Below, one piece after another: positions 28,752-32,000 of a stretch of 32,000 nucleotides of DNA. The first letter of the stretch is position 1, and every line of letters begins with the position of its first letter. Source of the stretch: Moraxella nasicaprae (GTDB lineage: Bacteria; Pseudomonadota; Gammaproteobacteria; Pseudomonadales; Moraxellaceae); assembly GCF_025643275.1 (NCBI RefSeq), contig NZ_CP089977.1, forward strand, positions 240,001 through 272,000. The letters run 5' to 3'. The position numbers and the translations under genes were made by a program. The notes beneath the pieces are model-generated. The model ran no database searches, had not been told where the DNA came from, and saw only the letters and a list, made by a program, of their open reading frames with translations.

Positions 28752-28805
28752 ATGTTAATTGCTAATGCCATCATATTTCCTTTGGGTAATAAAAAACCCA
28801 CCGAT
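28752..28805. repeat. 54-bp perfect direct repeat, copy 2 (3' of paralogue B)
   Basis: Identical 54/54 to 28100-28153. Weaker similarity continues about 25-30 nt toward each upstream stop codon. Confidence 0.9.
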
Positions 28806-28818
28806 AAAGGTGGGTTTT
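28787..28818 (-). terminator. Rho-independent terminator after paralogue B
   Basis: On the minus strand: perfect AAAACCCACC-tttatc-GGTGGGTTTT followed by TTATTA. Confidence 0.7.
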
Positions 28819-28835
28819 GTAAATCATGTTGTGAT

Positions 28836-29243
28836 TTAAGAAATGTATTTTAAAAACTGCTGATATTTTTTCTTATCAAGCTGCACAACAGCAGATTTGC
28901 CATCAGTAAATTCAATATGAGTAACATAAACATCTTTGGTGTGGTTTGGTAATTTGCTGCCAAACCACAATGCCGCAAGTGCAGGAAAGACACCTGCACC
29001 AAACAGCATTGCTCCCACAGTCATGCTTAATGCACCATTTTGAACTGAATTTGCCAAGGTTTTTACTTTGTCAGTATCAACCAGTTCAAATTTTTTTACT
29101 TGGGTGGATAAATTATATACTTGGCTTTTGTTTGTTTCTTTATCGGTCATGGCAAAGAAACGACCAGTTGAAGCCCCGCCATAAAGCACAAAATCATCAG
29201 AATGCAATATCTTGATACCAAACATAGCAAATCCCATCAGCAA
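28836..29243 (-). CDS. Hypothetical small membrane protein, paralogue B (Gly/Ala-rich hydrophobic core)
   Basis: 135-aa ORF with a TTG first codon. Alternative ATG starts at 29237 and 29225. Hydrophobic core NGALSMTVGAMLFGAGVFPALAALWFG and a C-terminal DGKSAVVQLD...YIS. The architecture is collinear with paralogue A. Confidence 0.6.
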   Translation of the reverse strand: MLMGFAMFGIKILHSDDFVLYGGASTGRFFAMTDKETNKSQVYNLSTQVKKFELVDTDKVKTLANSVQNGALSMTVGAMLFGAGVFPALAALWFGSKLPNHTKDVYVTHIEFTDGKSAVVQLDKKKYQQFLKYIS

Positions 29244-29453
29244 AGATTGTCTGTACCATACTAAGTTATCCTAAAATTCAAGCAAGGGCAAGCAAATGCC
29301 TAATGCAAATAATACTGTTTTTTGGCACGGTGCTTATCAAGGAATGCCAAAACTTGCTTGCGTCGTTCAGCAAAAGGCATTAAGCTGCCTGCTGCTTGTT
29401 CATTCTCGGAAGTTGGCAAGGTCTTTTCGTTTCTGACACAATAAATTCTGTCA

Positions 29454-29490
29454 TTGACATATATTCAAAATGACATTAGAATATATGTCA
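29454..29490 (+). promoter_or_regulatory. Near-consensus sigma70 promoter embedded in a 12-bp perfect inverted repeat (candidate Arc-type operator)
   Basis: TTGACA (29454-29459), 17 bp, TAGAAT (29477-29482). The inverted repeat is TGACATATATTC (29455-29466) / GAATATATGTCA (29479-29490). Extra TGTCA/TGACA half-sites lie at 29449 and 29471. Confidence 0.6.
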
Positions 29491-29519
29491 ATAATCAATC
29501 TTAAAAAAGGTACTATTTT

Positions 29520-29732
29520 ATGTCATATTTGAATACCACCGAACTACTTCAAAATCAAGACACTTGGAAACGCTCACAAGTACGCCTGCCCAACAGCCTT
29601 TATCAAGTGGTTGCCAAATATGCAGAAGAGCAAAGTATGTCTTTAAATACTGCCATCATTCATCTTTTGGACATAGCTTTGGTTGAAGCCAACGCCAAAA
29701 AGCAAGCTCTAAACAACCAATCAGAGTCATAA
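29520..29732 (+). CDS. Arc/MetJ-type ribbon-helix-helix DNA-binding protein
   Basis: 70 aa. The segment KRSQVRLPNSLYQVVAKYAEEQSMSLNTAIIHLLDIAL fits a beta-strand, helix A, helix B layout like Arc/Mnt-family phage repressors. SD AAAAGG. Confidence 0.7.
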   Translation: MSYLNTTELLQNQDTWKRSQVRLPNSLYQVVAKYAEEQSMSLNTAIIHLLDIALVEANAKKQALNNQSES

Positions 29733-29775
29733 AACAAGCGGGTGTTTTTGCCTGTTTTATGGACTGTTGGTAAAT

Positions 29776-30078
29776 TTACACTTGCTTTGCCTGATGCTTG
29801 GCAAACATCGCCATCAGAGCTTCGGCATCTTTTTGGGCTTGCACTTGTGCCTTATGCCGTTCGTACTCTTCACGCATTTCATCGGTCATGGGGTTTGGGT
29901 CAATGGGCAAAAAGTCGCTGATGGACACCCCGTCATTACCCAGCTTGGCATACAATAGATGGGCGGTCTGAATGTCCTGACGAAAGCCGCCGAAGGGGTC
30001 TAGGCGGTCGTAGGCTTGCCATTCGATGAGTTCATTATAAGACAGCTCATCTTCAAGCTCGCCTACGGTGCGCTCTAA
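29776..30078 (-). pseudogene. Start-less remnant of a lambda-type tail assembly protein T (Phage_tail_T / tail assembly chaperone-like)
   Basis: My own minus-strand translation gives a 100-codon frame, open from a TGA at 30079-30081 to a TAA at 29776-29778. Sequence: LERTVGELEDELSYNELIEWQAYDRLDPFGGFRQDIQTAHLLYAKLGNDGVSISDFLPIDPNP... The pattern RTVxEL..S..E...W.AY.RL.PFG..R.D...A matches my memory of the T-domain family. There is no upstream G gene. Confidence 0.5.
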
Positions 30079-30118
30079 TCAATGATGTATATTGACCGTT
30101 TGTGATTGATTCATCAGC

Positions 30119-30158
30119 CTTGCTTTTGTTAATTATTCATATTTATCTTGTATTTTGA
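30119..30158. repeat. Right-edge imperfect direct repeat of the ffh-ypjD islet
   Basis: CTTGCTT (30119), ATTCAT (30135), ATTTATCTT (30141) and ATTTTGA (30152), collinear with 27982-28029. Confidence 0.25.
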
Positions 30159-30279
30159 CTATTCATCAGTTCAAATCTATGATAAATTAGCAAGCATTTC
30201 CATTAACATTGCACCATGCCCATTAACTTAATCACCCAAATGTGTGCTGATGAGCTTGATGGCAATAAAAGAGGTTTGT

Positions 30280-31071
30280 GTGCTGATTGTTTTTTTGATG
30301 ACCACCATCATCTATTCCACCAGCAGTGTGTATCTGACACATACACTACTGCAAAAAACTACCCCAAATAAGTTTGGGTTACTGGGTTTCTTGATACTCG
30401 GTGTGTGCTTGCACGGTTATCTACTATATCCACAAATAATGACTTTACATGGCTTAAACTTCAACCTGTTTAACACATTGAGCCTAACCAGTCTGTTTTT
30501 TGTGATTTTTTATGTGCTATTTGGATTGTATCGCCCCATTTTAAGTTTAGGGATTTTGGCAGTACCCATCGCACTGGCTGGTGTTAGCACAGGTTATTTT
30601 GGCAAGGCAAGTTACCAACCGATTGCCAGCCTTAATATCGGCTTGCAGCTTCACATTTTGTTATCGTTTGCCGCTTACTGCGTTTTATTGATGGCAGCCG
30701 TGCAGGGTTTTATCCTAAAATTACAAATCAAAGAACTAAAACACCAAACCATTCATCGCTTTTGGGTCAGTCGTCTGCCTGCCTTGCAAAGTATGGAAGG
30801 TCTGCTGTTTGATATGATTTTGATGGGCTTTGTCATTTTAAGCATTGCACTTGGTTTTGGATTTGTGGCAACCTATGACATCTTAGACCAGCACATCGCC
30901 CATAAAATGTTTTTTAGCTTGGCAAGTTGGGTTGTGTTTGGCATTTTGATTGCAGGGCATTATCTGCATGGCTGGCGTGGTAAGCGTGCGGCAAATTTCA
31001 CCATTTATGGTTTTATCTTACTTGCCATCGGTTTTGTGGGTTCAAAGGCGGTGCTGGAATTGATTTTGTAG
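30280..31071 (+). CDS. ypjD: Cytochrome c assembly family inner-membrane protein YpjD (CcsA-like)
   Basis: The track ORF starts at 30244. I prefer GTG 30280, which has the SD AAGAGG 5 nt upstream and gives 263 aa, the same length as E. coli YpjD. The 26-residue spacing to the LLQK motif and the C-terminal GWRGKR motif also match. Confidence 0.8.
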   Translation: MLIVFLMTTIIYSTSSVYLTHTLLQKTTPNKFGLLGFLILGVCLHGYLLYPQIMTLHGLNFNLFNTLSLTSLFFVIFYVLFGLYRPILSLGILAVPIALAGVSTGYFGKASYQPIASLNIGLQLHILLSFAAYCVLLMAAVQGFILKLQIKELKHQTIHRFWVSRLPALQSMEGLLFDMILMGFVILSIALGFGFVATYDILDQHIAHKMFFSLASWVVFGILIAGHYLHGWRGKRAANFTIYGFILLAIGFVGSKAVLELIL

Positions 31072-31352
31072 GTTGATGCTTTATTTGATGGCAGACGCTT
31101 CATCAATTTGCACAAAAAACAACAAAATATTGCCAGCATCGATTGATTTATCAGAAAAAGCCATAAAAAATAGCTTTATTTTTTCACAAATTCGCAGATT
31201 TCCTACTTGAAATCTGCCATCATATCTCCATTTATTAGCTTATGCTTATCTTTCCCAATTGTAGCTTTTTGTAGCCAAAGGGATTTTTACTGGTTTTCTG
31301 GCATTGAATGTTATAGAATGCCTGCAACTTTCACTAAGTTTTTAATGAAATT

Positions 31353-32000
31353 ATGAAAAATTTAACCACAAAGTTCTCGCTAAGCATCTTGGCAATGACA
31401 CTGACCGCTCAGGCTTTTGCCGAAGTAAAAACCACCATCATGCCAGCAGGCGGTGTCACTGTGACCGTCCAGCCAAGCACCCAAGGTAGCGAGAAGTTCA
31501 CCCAAACCACCCAAAGCACAACTTATGCCAAAAGTGGGACTTTTTATAACGCCAATAACAATCAGACCAATTATAGCTCATCAGCATTTAGCTCTTACTC
31601 AACAGAAAACTACTCCAACTATTCATCATATAGTGGCAGTGCCAGCAGAGACAGCTACGACCATCTCATTCGTGACGCCGCAGCTCGTCATGGCGTTGAC
31701 CCTGCGTTAATCAAAGCCATCATTCACACCGAATCAACCTTTGACCCTTATGCCAGATCTCGTGTTGGTGCAGCAGGTCTAATGCAACTGATGCCTGCCA
31801 CCGCTCGTGAAATGGGCGTCTGGGATGTGTACGATCCTGCTCAAAATATTGATGGTGGCACCAAATATTTAGCATTTTTACAACGCCAGTTTAGCAACCA
31901 AAATCATGTGATTGCTGCCTATAACGCAGGCCCTGGCAATGTACGCAAGTATGGCGGTATTCCACCATTTCGTGAAACTCGCAACTATGTCCAAAAAGTC
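31353..32000 (+). CDS. Lytic transglycosylase (SLT domain), 3'-partial at window end
   Basis: My own translation from ATG 31353. Signal peptide [23 protein letters not shown], then a Ser/Tyr/Asn/Thr-rich linker, then the SLT motifs [16 protein letters not shown] and [10 protein letters not shown]. No stop codon before position 32000. Confidence 0.85.
   Translation, partial: MKNLTTKFSLSILAMTLTAQAFAEVKTTIMPAGGVTVTVQPSTQGSEKFTQTTQSTTYAKSGTFYNANNNQTNYSSSAFSSYSTENYSNYSSYSGSASRDSYDHLIRDAAARHGVDPALIKAIIHTESTFDPYARSRVGAAGLMQLMPATAREMGVWDVYDPAQNIDGGTKYLAFLQRQFSNQNHVIAAYNAGPGNVRKYGGIPPFRETRNYVQKV

Larger units (their letters stand above)
28030..30118. mobile_element. Decayed prophage/moron-like accessory islet inserted between ffh and ypjD
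   Basis: The content is atypical for this locus: two orphan membrane ORFs, an Arc-like repressor and a truncated phage tail T gene. Imperfect direct repeats sit at both edges. No integrase or transposase remains. Confidence 0.45.

Noticed and set aside
28523-28765. An 80-aa plus-strand ORF spanning the paralogue A promoter region and ending inside repeat copy 2. The 89-aa ORF at 28946-29215, antisense to paralogue B, is a similar case.
   Set aside because: Both are antisense or promoter-region frames of AT-rich sequence with no SD, and the minus-strand genes account for the region.
29300-29380. A 26-codon minus-strand ORF (MPFAERRKQVLAFLDKHRAKKQYYLH) between the Arc-like promoter and paralogue B, faintly reminiscent of LexA/CI-type N-termini.
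   Set aside because: It is too short, has no SD, and the resemblance rests on only a few residues. It could be a gene remnant, but I cannot support it.
29767-29958. A 63-aa plus-strand ORF downstream of the Arc-like gene.
   Set aside because: It is antisense to the much better supported tail-protein-T-like frame, has a Leu/His/Cys-rich shadow composition, and has no SD.
1-32000. A scan for CRISPR arrays, rRNA/tRNA genes, IS elements and shared DNA-uptake-type sequences in terminators.
   Set aside because: I found no regularly spaced repeats, no transposase or integrase ORFs, and no motif shared among the ~12 terminator hairpins.

Overview
This is a chromosomal segment whose gene content looks Moraxellaceae-like. 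That assignment is an inference from the gene set (WS/DGAT, MiaE, neisserial-type porin) and the AT-leaning composition. All coordinates were worked out by hand from the sequence and the ORF track. Most of the window is ordinary housekeeping DNA. In order, it carries a TerD-like protein, a porin, miaE, a wax-ester synthase, suhB, dxs, ribA, hemF and a lipoprotein cytochrome c'. These are followed by sspA-sspB, metG, dinB, an efeO-efeB-efeU iron-uptake cluster with a Fur-box promoter, rnz, sodA, ubiA, rsmJ, uppP, tsaB, ffh, ypjD and a partial SLT lytic transglycosylase. I saw no rRNA, tRNA, CRISPR array, transposase or integrase. The one clearly accessory stretch is a ~2.1-kb islet (about 28030-30118) wedged into the normally short divergent ffh/ypjD spacer. 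The islet holds four things: (1) two very divergent but collinear paralogous small membrane proteins with Gly/Ala-rich hydrophobic cores; (2) a 54/54-identical direct repeat just 3' of each paralogue, containing a terminator arm, a Shine-Dalgarno and the start of a small ORF (MMALAINIV); (3) an Arc-type ribbon-helix-helix repressor behind a near-consensus promoter embedded in a perfect 12-bp inverted repeat; (4) a start-less fragment of a lambda-type tail assembly protein T. My reading is that this is a decayed prophage/moron remnant. It may encode an uncharacterised cassette-like membrane-protein system, for example superinfection exclusion, abortive infection or immunity. Function cannot be established from sequence alone.
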